Positions 37,118 through 51,074 of a DNA stretch of 64,000 nt are shown piece after piece. The stretch's first letter is position 1. Each line of letters begins with the position of its first letter. The stretch lies in the NCBI GenBank assembly GCA_013265495.1, contig MU061538.1, positions 870,001-934,000 of the forward strand, read 5' to 3'. The position numbers were made by a program, and so were the translations under genes. A model generated the notes under the pieces. The model was not told the origin of the DNA. It did no database searches and worked only from the letters and a program-made list of their open reading frames with translations. This DNA comes from Vicugna vicugna. Its lineage: Eukaryota.

Positions 37118-40100
37118 CTGTACAGAGAGAAAAGATGAAGACTGTAATTTCAAATTCTAAAATATTCTCATACAAAAATTACAGAATGTTCCGACCCACA
37201 AGGATCCGAAAGGTCATGCAATCAAACTGTCTGACATAACGAGAAATCTGAGACACCAGAGGTTAAACGGTTTCCCCACTCCCACCCCCAGGTCACAGAT
37301 CTAATTAAACTTGGCACTTCAGTAGTTTTTCTAAGAATCAAATCTGATTTCTTACACACATGCACACACACACAAACACACACACTAGTTTAAGTAAAAC
37401 TGGGCGGTCTGTGTAAGACCAGTGCATCGCACACACATCAATATCCTGGCTGAGTTCACACTAGTTTTGCAGAATACAACCCCCAGGGGAACTTAACTGA
37501 CGTGAACAAGAGTCCTTTCTGTGTTATTTCTAACAGCTGCATGTGAGTCCACAATTATCTCAATTAAAACCTCAACAGAAAAATCAATTTCTTTATTGTT
37601 ACGAAGTTTTTAAAATTATTCTCATCATAAGTAAAACTGTATTTTGAACAAAATTGCCTGATATATAGAAGGAACTGAAACAGTAAAGGAGAAAGTTAAA
37701 CATTTCACATAAAATAAAAACACTGAAAGACAGCCTCCTTCCCCCAGAACAGTCCCAGCAGGCTAAACTATATGTGAATTTTATTTTTGTAAATTTATAA
37801 AATTAAAAGTCTAAGATACCAGTGTATGGATCATTAGAAAATTCAATAAACTGAACTTTCTTAACACAAATACACACCCCATCAGAACAGTGTCAGAATG
37901 CAAGTAATTAAGTCAATTTAAACAGTACACTGATATGTGAAGGAACACACAAGGTGCAGAATGAGGTTTCTCACTGACAAAATTTAAAGCCAAAGAAATA
38001 AATCCTCAATATTTTCCATTATAGAAAATTCAATTTCCTGAATTCAAATAAGGCCTTCATCTACCATATTAAAGGTCAGAAAAGTATTTTGTTTCTAATT
38101 AATTAATTAAAAGAAGAGGGGAATGGAAAAATCTCAAGTAGAAAGTGCAAAGTTGCAACGCTCAGAATTCTGGAAAGCTTCTAGATAAAAATACAACCAT
38201 ATTTCTGGTCATTATCTTGATTTATGAAAGAAGTGGTATGAAAATGCCTATAATCTCTCTTCCTTTATTCCATTTGTCCAGATTCAATATGTGTTCATTA
38301 CTTGGTTATAGCTAAAGACTTAAGATTTCTTAAAGTGCCACTGCTGTTACGACTGTGAGAAAATATACGTAGTGTCTGACATTAAATGCACAGTTTACCT
38401 TTAAAAGTGGTCCACGCTGGCAAACAGTCAGCAAATTTACTCCACACATAGCTCAGTCCTAACCCAGAAGCCCCATGGCTCAGGGCCCCGCCTGCACCTC
38501 ACCTGTGTCCCCACCATCTGCTTCCAGGTCTGGCATGTGCAGGTATTCAGTATTTACAAAGTAATGAATGAACGTTTCCTTTAAGTAAAACAAAGCAGTC
38601 TAAAAGAAAAGTAACCATTCAGCTGAAAAGCACTTCTGAACACCTGCAACACAGCACCTAGGCTGCAATATTTAAAAAATCAAAACAGATACTAATTATT
38701 AAAAAGCGTAACTGGATTCTAACTGGACACTTAGAGTTTCCAGAAACTCTGCTCTAAGTCTGCAGCCTGCTGTGTGCAGGACTGTGACGCACAGGGGCCC
38801 GGGTCGGGCGTGCGGAGGGCGGACATCCTTGGCCTTTGATGGCCTGCAGGGCACTACTAAATGTGAGCGTCATTCTCTTGCCCGTGCTCAAGAGCTATCA
38901 AGATTCCTCCTTAAAAAAGTTCATTTCAAAAATAATAAAATAAGCACAGCGAGCATATCCAAAGTCTTGGGCACACATACAGAGCCTGGCGTGTGACTTC
39001 AATGGCAAAAGCGTATTTTAAATGTTAAGGCCTTTCAAAGAGCACTCGTGCTCCCTGCACAGTTCACAGAGGAGGAAAGGTCTACGGGGAAGTCCACCAG
39101 GGACAGCCGGCTCCAGGGACAGCACTAGCAGCTGCCAACACTGACCTGTCCGCACCCGTCCCCGGCCCGAGCACAGGAGGACGAGGGGAGGCGCAGGGGC
39201 CACCTGAGGACAAACACGGGTGGCGGAAGCACCCCCCACGTGCTGAGCGGCACCCTGCACCTCTGGGCTCGGCTGGGGCTGTATCCCTCAGCACAACTCT
39301 CTAAGGAAGTTCTGCTGTTCTTGTCCATAGACGACAAAAGTGAGCCAACTCCCAAACTCCCGACGGGTCCAGAGCCTAAGTCATCGAGCAGTGTGCTGTT
39401 TACTTTGAAAAAGGACAATAAATATGATCATATAATTTCACATTTTGAGAAATTTAAGAAATCTTTTATCTTCATAATATGTAAGTCATCTGGAAGGTAT
39501 ATCAGAAAAGAGACTGGTGGGGAGGGGGAGGCCACAGGAAAAAACTTTCTGATCACCAAAATGTGGCCTGAGTTCTGAGTGCAGGGAAGCAGGAGGGGCT
39601 GAGAAACAAAGGGGGCAGCACATCTGGAAAAGGCCAAGCAGGTAAGCAGAGAGTCCCGGGGCACGAAGGCTGCCACCAGGAGCCAATTCAGCACAGAAAG
39701 AAAAGCGTGGCGGCGCACCATCCACGTCTGTGAGCCATGCCCACCGTCACGGGGCACCCGGGCTGCGGCCGAATCCCAAACCAGAACCAGGGCTGCCTCC
39801 TGTGCTTCCCGCCCAGGGACCGCCCTGTTCAGTCATCTGAGGGGTGAGAGGGCCATGCTGGGGACTGGAGAGCTGGGAAGTAATAAACGCATTCGCTCCC
39901 GAGGAGTTCCTGGTCTGTCTGGTGGGAGATGCAGCAGCCTGTTACTGAGCACCTCCCTGGGGGTGACACAATCAGGCCTGAATCAGCGGGCTCGGGCCCT
40001 GCCCCCGTGAGCACACATCTCACACAGGCAGGCGCTGGGTGCGCACCGCACCGACTCTGCCCCAGAGCACTCGGAAGAAAAGGTGAACTTGAAAGAAATC

Positions 40101-42364
40101 TTGGAAGGATGTGTTCAGAAGGACGACAAGATGGAAAACACAGCAGCAGAGGGAGGAAGCCCATGAAGCGGCAGAAGCAGAGGGACAGCGGGGCGGGAGG
40201 CAGGGCTGACCTTGACCTCGGAGACTCCTTGTGGGAGTCAGAGGCCAGAATAGAGGATGGAGCTGAGACCACCACCTCTGGCTACAAACCTCGAACCAGG
40301 ACAGCTGGGACAGAAGGGAGGTCATGATGACTCTGAAATTCACTGACTTGAGATTCTCTGGGTGGAGAGCCAGGAGACGTGTGGACGGACCGTCCAGGGT
40401 TCAAGCTGCCCGTCATCTGAGTTCAGACTCCCCCCATGGCATCACTCACACGGGGCAGCCACACCCTCAAAACAAACAAAAATCACAGTCTAATAATCAT
40501 TTCCTAAAAGACCACTGAACACTAAATAGAACCATCTCTTCTCAAAGCTCAGTTATTGAAGTTAACCAAACTCATGTAAAGCTACTATACTACCCTCACT
40601 CTTCTCTTTCGTGGTAGCCTATCTGTGACCATGATCTGAGAACTGCCAGCGGATCATCAGAGATCAAGTTCAGACAGCCTTCAGCACAGCAATTTCATGG
40701 CCAAGCGTCTCCTCCCTTTTCTCCCAACTATGTCTCTCATACCATCTCCAGATGCTGCCTCCCACACATCCTGCCCTCCCAGCCCCTTCAAGCCCCCAGC
40801 GCTCTGCTCCTTACACCCAGGCTGGCCTGCCCTCCTGACACTAACACGTGCACCCGGTGAGCACCCGCTCCCCTGAGAGAAACCGCGTGAATGTCATCTC
40901 TTCCATGGAGCACGCCCTGGAAGACCTCGCCCACCCCCGCGCCCCCACAAGGACCTGGTGGGTTCCCCGATGTAGAGACTGCTGTAGCACACCTGGCGTT
41001 CACGGACGTGTACCCGGAACACAGGGCTGACCACTCAACATGCAGAAAGCGACTACCTGCGCGGGTCCGGGTCACGGAGGCCAACATGGGCATCACCCAC
41101 AAAAACGTGGCCACCCAGTGCTGTGGAAGGTCCCTCCAGCAGGTGACGCCACAGAGCCAGTGTGGCTGTGACTGTTCCAGAGAAGAGCAGAAAGTAAGAA
41201 AACAAAACAGACTCCATCACTGAAAACAGCAGGAATGGGTGATCACAGTGCAGCAGACCTCACGCCGGCCCAGAGCAGGGTGCGTGGCGCACAGTGCGCA
41301 GGAGGAGCCCCTCTGATAAGCACTGACGGCCTGCGGGAAGACACCAGGCTGCCGCCTGCCAGCGTGCTCCAACCGCACACAGCTGATCATACAGCATTCA
41401 GCAGGGTCTGTATCTACGTGCCTAACAGGAGCTCCAGGATTTGATCACATAGAAAAGTACCTCTTTAAAGAGAAAACCTTTTTTCTCTTACTGACCCTGG
41501 AGAGTGGAGAGTGAAGGTAACTGTAACTGTATTTATTTGTTTCTCCTTTAATAAATTATGAGTTCCTTAAGAAGAGCCTGTGCCTTATTTCTCTTTAAAA
41601 TCCTGGTGGTTAGCATTGTGCACAATTTTATGATGGAAGGATTAAATTTAGAAAGCATAAAGGTAAAATTGGAAAACTGAAGCTTAAAAGATTTTCAAGT
41701 TGAAAAACAAATTCATGATAAATAAAGAAACTAGCCTGCACAGCTACCCTTCTGCAGAGGCCGACATCAGAAAGCCCTATGCCATCCTGCCAGCACTACT
41801 TGGTGCCACCCAAGTCAGAATACTGGCCAGGCAAATCTTAGATCCAATGGACAACTCCAACGTTCTACATTCTCTCGGGACGTCAACAAAGAATTTCAAA
41901 AATACTGTAACATCACAAATGTCATCACTATTCCTTACCTACGCAGCCGCTCATTTTTATAGTCTACTGCAAGACACTGAAGCCAGGCCCCGTGCTCTCC
42001 AGCGGGACCTCGACTCTCTCCGTGAAAAACGAGTCCTAGGTGCACAGGCTGCTCCTGCAGCCTCCACGCTGCTCGCACTAAGCATGCAAACCCCCTAGAG
42101 AGAAGCCTTTAAGCAGCTCGCCCACAGCACAGTCTCGACTAGGCATGCAGAGTAATCCACGCCATACACCTTCAGTCAGTAAGAGCAGAAAGACAGAGGG
42201 ACTGCAGCCGGAAAGGTGAGGAAGAGCATCTCCTCTGAAGAGGCGTCAAGGAGAGACCTGCCTGTGGTCCACAGGGCAAGTGGGCGCTCAAGCTTCCGCA
42301 GGCAGGCTACAGTTCAGCCGCCTGCTTTCAACACGAGTGCTGAATTGACACCATTAAAAACTAC

Positions 42365-42437
42365 TTTTTTTTCTTTTTTCTTGACATGTGGTCAATTTAC
42401 AATGTTGTGTTTCTGGTGTGCAACACAGTGAATCAGT

Positions 42438-42473
<36 letters not shown>

Positions 42474-42672
42474 CTTTTCGTAGTTTTTAATTATACGCTA
42501 TTACAAGGTATTGAATATAGTTCCCTGTGCTGCACAGCAGGACCTTGCTGTCTATTTTGTATGTAGTAGTAAATATCTGTAGATCCCGAACTCCCAATTT
42601 ATCCCTTCACCCTCAACCCCTGTAACCACCAGTTTGTTTTCTATGTCTGTTTCCGTTTAGTAACTAAGTTCA
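42365..42672 (-). mobile_element. L1 3'-end fragment containing (CA)15 at 42441-42470
   Basis: T-rich start, TTGAATATAGTTCCCTGTGCTG, CTCCCAATTTATCCC. Confidence 0.85.
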
Positions 42673-44369
42673 AAAGAGTTAAAAAACAGAAACAGACTCA
42701 CAGACACAGGAACTACTCTTAAACATCCTGGCATACATGAGACTCACAGGACTGCCTTCTGCACAGAGAGGTCGAGTTTCCGGTGCTACGACAAGGGACC
42801 AGTGTTTCCGACTATCTTCTGCTTTTCCAGTGACACCGTGTGTTAAGTCCGTGTTACTTTTTGTCACAAAGTCATCAACGGATTTTAAAAGATGTCCTCT
42901 GATTTATGAGCTAGATTAAAAACGTCCTCATGGACTTGTCTATTCAGCTCTCAGCTGACGAACAGTCACGGATTAGCTGAGTTTGTAACTTCGGGGGCTC
43001 TCAGTCCGCCCTGAGCAGCACCAACCCCACCTTCCCTGGGAGAGTAGCAGCTGCTCCCCGTACCTGGCTCGTCTCCAGGTGGACAAAGAACTCTGTCCCC
43101 GAACAAAGGGATTTTACGAAGCACGCAATTTGCTTTGTCACTAATCACCACTTTTAATCACAACTTTCTGTGCATTTGGCCAGTTAGCAGGTCCAGCCTC
43201 TGCCATGATGTGTTCTCAGCTTTTGCACTTTCCATTCCTGTCGCCGTGTGCGCTTACTTTTATTCTGATTAGAAGTCTCCTGTTTCTTCCCAAAAGTTTA
43301 ACAAGCTTGGGGTGGCATGCTTATGGTTTCAAAAGCCTGGTTTCACACTGGAATTTGGTTCATCATGGGATAGGCTCACTCTCTCAGCCAGTCCAAAAAA
43401 ACCCCGAATTTCAGAAATCTTCACTGCATTTGTTTGATTCATGTTTTGTATGCAGGCAATAAATTTACAAAAATAAAAGCTAGTTCCAGTGGGTCATTAA
43501 AGCAATCAACTCTAGCACCTGAATTCATAAGACAATCTTCACCACTAGGCTTTAAAGGCAACACTGCCTCTTTACCGCCCAACCTGCAGCCAGCCCTGCA
43601 GTCAGGCGCAAAAATAAAGGCACAGGCCCTCAATTCACAATTCTGAGTTCCTACACGTGGCTCGAACTGGTAAGTAAGTACCAACTTCCGAAAGTGAAAA
43701 ATTCACCCTGCTGCAAAAAAAAAAAAATTAATAAACAAACCTACTACAAGGCACAAGGAGCTTCTGCGTCCAGGAACCTTCCCGAGCGAGGTGGACCAGG
43801 GCTGGAGAAACGGACCACCTGTGGTCCACCCCGGCCTACCATGATGCTCCCTCCTCCCTCCTCAGGAGAGCAAGCATTTCAGGAAAACCACAGGTTCAAT
43901 ATCCTAGCTGTATTCTTCCATCAGGAGTTGAAATACACACTACGAAAAAATTTAAATGTTCGTTCACATACCACCGGAACCACGACACACCAGGCTCTGG
44001 GACACACACTCACCTACACTAACGAGGCTGAAGCGGGGGCAGCCGGCTCACCGCCATGGGGCTCCAGGGAGACTCACCTCTGACAAAGGCGGCATTTCAC
44101 ACCTGAAGACAGAAGGGCATTGCTCAAACACAGCAGCACCGCCACCACTGGCGGGCCTAACAAGTGACACTGAATGTCCAGTCCTCACGTCGGAACAGGC
44201 TCCTGACAGACCTGAGGTCTGCACACACACGGCACCGCATCACATGGGAGGGTAACGCGGGAGTAGTTTTTAGAATCTCCGTGTGGAGGAAGGCTTACTC
44301 TAAGAAAGAAATACCACATCACACATTGGGTCTATGTTACTGTCTGTCATTATTTAAGAATGATAAATT

Positions 44370-45000
44370 TGACCACGTAAAATTAAACCTTTCCACACAG
44401 AAAAACATCATAATCAAGGGTAGAAGAGTGGCCAAGTGGGGACAAGCATTTGTAACACTGCAAAACCAACTATTTGTAAAGCCTTAATAATAATCAACAA
44501 TCAAACAGAAAAGTTAGCAAAAGCTATGAACAGTACACAGGGAGATCTTTTAAACATAAGAACTTCATCTTTACTCATTTTAGGAAAAAATGCAATAAGC
44601 ACACAATGAAATAGGCTCTGTACCCTGTCTAACTGGCAAACTTTAAACTGAGATAACATGCCAGGAGGACAACGGAGGAGCAGCTTTCACGCACTGATAT
44701 GATTTTCTTCGAGGGCAATTTGGAAACAACTACAAAACTTTAAAATGTACACAGCCTTTGGCCCAGCACTTCGACATTTAACCTGCAAATACTAGCTGGC
44801 ACATATACAGGGATATGTACTGCAATGACGTTTAAATTAGCAAAAAAGCTGAAAACAACCTAAATGGCTATTAAAATACATGACAGCTAAGTAAGTTACA
44901 GAACATTACATGAAGTATCATACACAATTTTCTTTTTTAAAGGCATAGATCTGTTTGCACTGATCTGAACTCTCTCCAGACAGAGTACCGGGGCAGAAGG
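44370..45000 (+). mobile_element. Highly decayed old L1 (L1ME-like) fragment
   Basis: A-rich sequence with L1 ORF2-end and 3' remnants (GAGGGCAATTTGG, CCTTTGGCCCAGCAC, GAAAACAACCTAAATG). Confidence 0.5.
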
Positions 45001-46649
45001 GAATTACAGCAGACGGCTCAGCACACTCCACGTGTGTTCAAACAAGAGGAGAGGGCAGCGATGCCCACCTCAGTGGCTCTCCTCTCAGAGCAGGCTCTGC
45101 TCAGAGCAGGCTCCAGGAGGACAGGAGGAGCCCAGCAACAGACCGCGATGAGGGCGAGGGATGCAGGAGGGGACAGCGGGGGAAAGGCAGGGAGGCTTTT
45201 GTTTGCATCTTTATCTTCTACTGCTTGAATTATAATCCATGTACACGTAATACTTTCTCATTGTTTTAAAATAAGAAACTATTAACTTCTTTAAAATAAG
45301 AATCTTTAAACTTCTTTAAAGTTTAAAGAATTTAAATTTAAAATAATGACACTATTTAAGAACAAAAGCTTTTAAAAACAGCTCAACATAACCAAGACTA
45401 AGTTCACAGTTAAGCGGACTGCAGGAAGAGGACAAGGTGCCAGCGAACAGCACATTCAGATTTTGACTCCTAGCAAGTTCTTGGTTTCAACTTATTATTC
45501 TTGGACTATCTTTTACCTCCTAGGTTCCACTGGCCTAGAAAACAAGGGGAGTCCTAGCAGCAGTCAGTCACACGCCAGTTTTGCATCCACACTGACGACT
45601 GACTGCCCTGCCCCACTGGACACAAGCCGCTTTCAGAGCTGGCCGCCCACCTCACGGCTGTGGCGCTGCGCCCACTCACCAACACGGAACAGCGGTACAT
45701 CACGGCAGACTCCCTATCTGATCTCTTAGCTTCAGGCATGTTGTCTTCTCCTCGGTTCTGCAAGCTAAATATGGCCAAACTTCACAAATACCATTAATAA
45801 AGATGTTTTTTTAAATGGGGAAAAATGCTTTCTTCATGCTAATGAATTAAATGGTAACAAAATGAAGTATTTAAAAAGTAAGTCATATACAGTTTAAATT
45901 AGATGTCATTAAGTCTCATAATAAAAAAAACTGTATCATCAAAAATTTGAATATAGCTCAAGGTAAATTTATGTAACATGACAAGGTCCATAAAGCCAAA
46001 TGCTCAAACTGACCACTAAACATTTGTAAAAAGAACTTTAGCACGTTAATTAATACCTCACATTTTAAAAAAAACCATGAGGTTTCCTATGCTTCCTCTG
46101 TCTGGGTCATCTTACATTAGCAATTTACTCCACTCGGCAATGTAAACAGAAGAGTATCACATCCGTTTCAAGTTAGTATATTTCCCCACTCTCAGGTATT
46201 AACACAATACTAGTAGTTATGCACAAATCGAAGAATATGCAAGTAAAATACTTCCTTTTGAGTTAATTAAAATGTTAAGAGTTATCAAAAGGTTTATTTT
46301 TGAGTAACATGAAGCCTACGATTTGTGGGCTTTCCCTATTTTTGCAGGTCTGTGAGGAGGACCCTTTGTGAAAGTATGCGAGCAACCAAGCTCACAAACA
46401 CGCAAAATGCTTAAGGTGCCTGAAAACACAGCAAGTTACTAAAAAGATACGACTCCCAGTTCAAACAATAAGAGAAAAAGACCAGAACAAAACTCACACA
46501 CATATTAACAGTGTCATTCCTAAGTCGTGCGTGGACTCCAAATAGGTAATTTTCTTTATATGTTTCAGTGTATTTAAATTTTTCATGATAAACATTACTT
46601 TATAATCAGAAAAGAGCTAACTTTAAAGTACCAAAACATAGTTAACAGT

Positions 46650-46880
46650 CTTACAGTCACTGGGGGGAAAGGGGAGTGGCAAGGGATAAATTTGGGAATT
46701 CAAGATTTGCAAATATTAACTACTATATATAAAAACAGATTAAAAATAAATTTCTTCTGTATAGCACGGAATTATATTCAATACCTTGTAATAACTTTTA
46801 ATGAAAAAGAATATGACAATGAATATATGTATATGTATGACTGGGGAAAAAAAAGCCCCAACTTCAAAAAAAAAAAAAAA
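46650..46880 (+). mobile_element. Young L1 3' fragment
   Basis: GGGATAAATTTGGGAATTCAAGATTTGCAAATATTAACTACTATATATAAAA...; similar to 24461-24664 and 52312-52905. Confidence 0.8.
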
Positions 46881-48644
46881 GATTCAGGAAATAGAAAAAA
46901 AATGACAAAAAAGCTACTCATTTTCCCTTTTTTATTGAAGTTCCCTAAACTCAACATTCTAAATTTAAACCAAATGTTCTAAAGGAGGTTGCTCTGAAAT
47001 AGGAATAGTACATTCCTTTCAATGGTTTCCAGAGGCTCTTATTTAATACATGCATATTACACGAGAAAAGAAAATTTCCTTCATTTAAATGTTAAAATGT
47101 ATGTTATTATCTTAAATAAAAATGTATGTATAAACATTTAAAAAATGCAATAGTTTAAATCCCATTATAATAAATTCCAAAAGACTTTCTTTTCTTACCC
47201 CAAAACCATGTGATGATTATGTTAATTACTGTTTTAATGTCGAGACCCAGGAAACAGCCTGCACGTATGTATCTATCAACAGCAAAGTGGTTACATGACA
47301 CAAACCATGTGATGGAATATTACGCATCCACAAAAATAACCACACAGACCTAAAGGTGCTGGCACAGAATTATCACTAGGATGCAGTGCTTGAGAGAAGA
47401 ATGTGCTCTGCTCTCCTTTTTATTTAAAAAGGTCGGGGGATATGTTTATTTATATTTACTCTAGTTCTGAAAAAATACTAAGGAAATTGGTAACGTTTGG
47501 AGTCTCAACAAGAGGAAGACTTCATTATATGCCCTTTGGAAGAATCTCAGTTTTCATAACCTTTTTCAATTAAAATAAGGTAACTGTTTTAAAAGGGCCA
47601 CTGGATATAGAAACATTATTAGACCAAGGAGGATTAATGATAATCTAATTTAATTTTCTCATTATCAAGAATTATGACTTTCCCATTACAAGACGTGAAA
47701 AAGGGAAGCCCAGACGGTCGTGGAGATGAGCATTTTTTCAAGTTCCCATTATACTTTTTACAATTTCATCTTATGCAACAACGATGTGATACGAACTGTG
47801 CCGTTTGCCAACATGCTAGAGTTCACTAACGTTCCTTAAAAAATTATAAAGAGCATTAAAGCTGCATTATAAGGAAAATTAATTCAAAAAGACACAGGAC
47901 TGTTAACGCACCTTCTCAGCACCTGCAGGACATGGTCCTCGACTTGCCAGACAGGTACAGGAAAACTTAAGCAGAGCAGGGACAGAAACAAGACATGCAG
48001 GCTACACACACCCAGTCGAGGCTCAGTGCACAGACCAGGGCTCACATCATGGAGCCTCGTGGTTCTCACTAAATGACTTGGAATCTCTGAACCCTGATTT
48101 CTTCCTCCACGGGACACAAGCACCTCTTCCGCACAGAGCAGGAGCCAAGATGAGATGGGAGTGCAGCGCCCTGCAGGGGACGACAGACGCTGAGGATAGC
48201 AGCACAGGTAACTGTAACAAGTAAGGAAAGAAAACAAACACCTGGAGACAAAACGCCCTCAGGGTTCACTACACTGCGCTCTGCGACCACACACAGCCGC
48301 CCAGAGGCAGCACCTCACTGCAAGGCCAGGGAGTGGAAGCCCACGTCATGTGTTCTAGACAACAAAGCTTATCGCAGGTCTTCACAACATGTGCACTCTG
48401 GCCAAGCAATCCAGCTTCTTTCTGCAATTTATCCTAAAAAATAATTATAAATCATTGGCTATAAAGATGTTGTTCACAATAAAAAAGAAACAACCTCAAT
48501 GTCCAAAAGTGAAGGACAAACATGTATACTTCATACCGAGTTCATACAAAGAACAGCTACGGCAATTTTAAAAAGAGAACAAAGCTGGATTTTAGAAAAT
48601 ACTCCAATCCTCAGCTGAAGGACAACCCACAGTATAAACGTCTC

Positions 48645-49099
48645 TCTTTAAACGGCGGCGTAGCTGATCTGCAACGCTGTGTCAGTTTCGGGTGCACAGC
48701 AAAGTGACTCAGTTATACACACGTGTGTATACATCTGGTCCTTTCCGCAGTCCTTTTCCAGCAAAGGTCGCTACAAGATATTGAATACAGTTTCCCGTGC
48801 TGCACAGTAGGTCCTTGTTGTTCATCTATTTTATGCATAGTAGTGTGTGCATCTGTTAATTTCAAACTCCTAATTTATCTCTCCCCACCCTGCTTTCCCC
48901 TTTGGTCACGTAAGTTTGTTTCCTGTGTCTGTGAGTCTGCCTCTGTTTTGTAAATAAGTTCATTTGCACCATTTTTTTTTAGATTCCACATGTAAGCAAT
49001 ATCATGTAACAGCTCTCTTCCTCTGTCTGATTTACTTCACTTAGTTGCATAATCTCTGGATCCATCCATGTTGCTGCAAATGGCATGATTTCATTCTTT
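48645..49099 (-). mobile_element. L1 3'-end fragment
   Basis: Reverse complement of the L1 tail at about 55200-55620 (TTAGATTCCACATGTAAG, ATCCATGTTGCTGCAAATGGCATGATTTCATTC). Confidence 0.88.
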
Positions 49100-49279
49100 T
49101 GCCTTGCCTGGGAGAAGGGAGCTTCAAGTCAGTCCTCTCTCTCTCCAGTTTTCCGAGCTCTTCTAGTTTACCGGTTCCTCTGCCTGTGCTGTTTCCAGAC
49201 TGGTGGAACCCATCCCCCCACCATAAGCAGAGGAGGGCAACAGTGACACATGTGATAGTCGGACGCACTCAGTTCAGGC

Positions 49280-49535
49280 CCTGGGCGCTCTCCCTGCTCT
49301 CTCAGATCGCCGGCTCTGGGGAGGCCAGCTGCCCTGCTATGAGGACACTCAGGCGGCCCTAAGGGGACATCCAAGTGGCAGGGAGGTGGAGTGAGTTAGT
49401 GACCCAGTGCTGACTTCCAGGCTCAGCCACCACCAGACTGGCGTCCGAGAGCCCCTGAGCCAGAAGCACCCAGAGCTGCTCCCATACACCTGCCCCACAG
49501 AACAGAAGAACAAAAGTAGTGCTCTAGGCCACTCT
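49280..49535. mobile_element. Degenerate MLT1-like (MaLR) LTR fragment
   Basis: GCTCTGGGGAGGCCAGCTGCCCTGCTATGAGGACACTCAGGCGGCCCT...CCTGAGCCAGAAGCACCCAG. Confidence 0.55.
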
Positions 49536-51074
49536 TAGGCATGAATAGAGAACGTGTCCTTTATTCACTGTTAATTCAGAAACTGGTAAAGCAGAGATCA
49601 CAACTGTTCAGACTGACATAATTTAAGTGCAGACTGCAGTACTGTTTTGCAATCTGTTTTCATTAAAACGACACATTTAATACCTATAATGAATAGACAT
49701 CAATAAATTACAACACTAACAAACATACATCATGACCACTTTAAGTAGCTTTATAGTACCTCACTGCATGTATTACTACCATTTGTTTAACAAATTTCCT
49801 GCTGTTAGACATTTAGGTTGTTTTGAATTTTTCAATGTTATAAGTAATGCCACAAACAAAATCTTTTCTTTCCCGGGCCCTATCAAATTAGTTTCTGAAA
49901 ACAAATTTCTAAAAGTAGAATTACCGGAGTGGAGGGGCCGGACCTGTCTGAGACTCTGCACACACACCACCAGACCGCCCCTCTAGGAGGCTGGGCCGGC
50001 GGACGCTGCCACCCACACCCCCAGCAAGTATTTCTGTCTTTAACTCGGTCAGCACAGAAGACGACGGACTCTGGAGAAACAGCACCAGAAGAAAGGTGCT
50101 GCTCCTGCCTTCACGCCGGCAGGCCACGCTGGCCACATAAGGTTTCGTGAAGAGGCCGTGGCAGTGGAACGAGGCATGAAACGAGGGTCAGAGTCAAAGA
50201 ACAAGGTGCTTAACTCCCGACCTCCCAGGTGCCAGCGTTCTTTACAGCTGCAGGAATAAAGGCAAAGCCACTGAGGGAAGCTCTCTACTGCTTCTGCAGC
50301 GCCCTCTTCAGAAGGCTCGTCTAGGTCCTATGAGGTGACCTACTCACCGACTAACTCAGAAACCTAGCTGGCAGCTAGCTCCACAGCCCAAGCACATCAG
50401 CACACAGGAGCATGCACAGCCAGACAGGGCCCGGGTGAGGCAGGCCAGCGTCCGGGCACAGAGCTTACGGAGGCGCTCACTCTCGGGGCTGTAACCCAAG
50501 CACCCTCAGTGCCTTGCTGGTCTCACCCAGGCTCTGCAGACAAGTCCAAAGAGAACTACACAAGTGGTCTCGTCCTTCTATTCCACCAGATCAAGAGTTC
50601 TTGACCTTACCTGCTGCAGGAAACACAGGTTTTTGGTCTCATCTGTGCAGGCTGCAGATAATTACATTCAAGAGAACAGATGCAGTGCTGCTGCTGGATA
50701 AAACAGTATAAAGTAAAGAACACCAGTCCTGACAGTAAATTAACATTTTAAAATCTCATCTATGAAAACATCCCTATTTCACCTGAAGCCAGATCTGCGA
50801 GAAACAGCTCCATGTTCCGCTGCAACACAAGACAGAGGAGAATGACAACACATACACCAAATGTCACCTTTTCCAAGTAAAGCAGCATGGAAATTTTTAA
50901 AGTTAAAATATTTCAGGTAAGACCTTCAATTACACAATAGAGGGCAGCTTTATAAAATTGGCCGATCAGAGTGCCTATCATCTGAAGAGTGGTCTAGACC
51001 AGTCAGAAGGGGAAACCACAATTACAGAGCTGGCCTCAGCAGCCCTGGAGCGCAGCTGACTGGAGGCCAGCGGC

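Noticed and set aside
41939..42094. 156-nt pseudo-exon on the minus strand (CTTCTCTCTAG ... TAG|GTAAGG) with in-frame stops
   Set aside because: Short pyrimidine tract and no other support; it shows that chance acceptor-donor pairs occur in this intron
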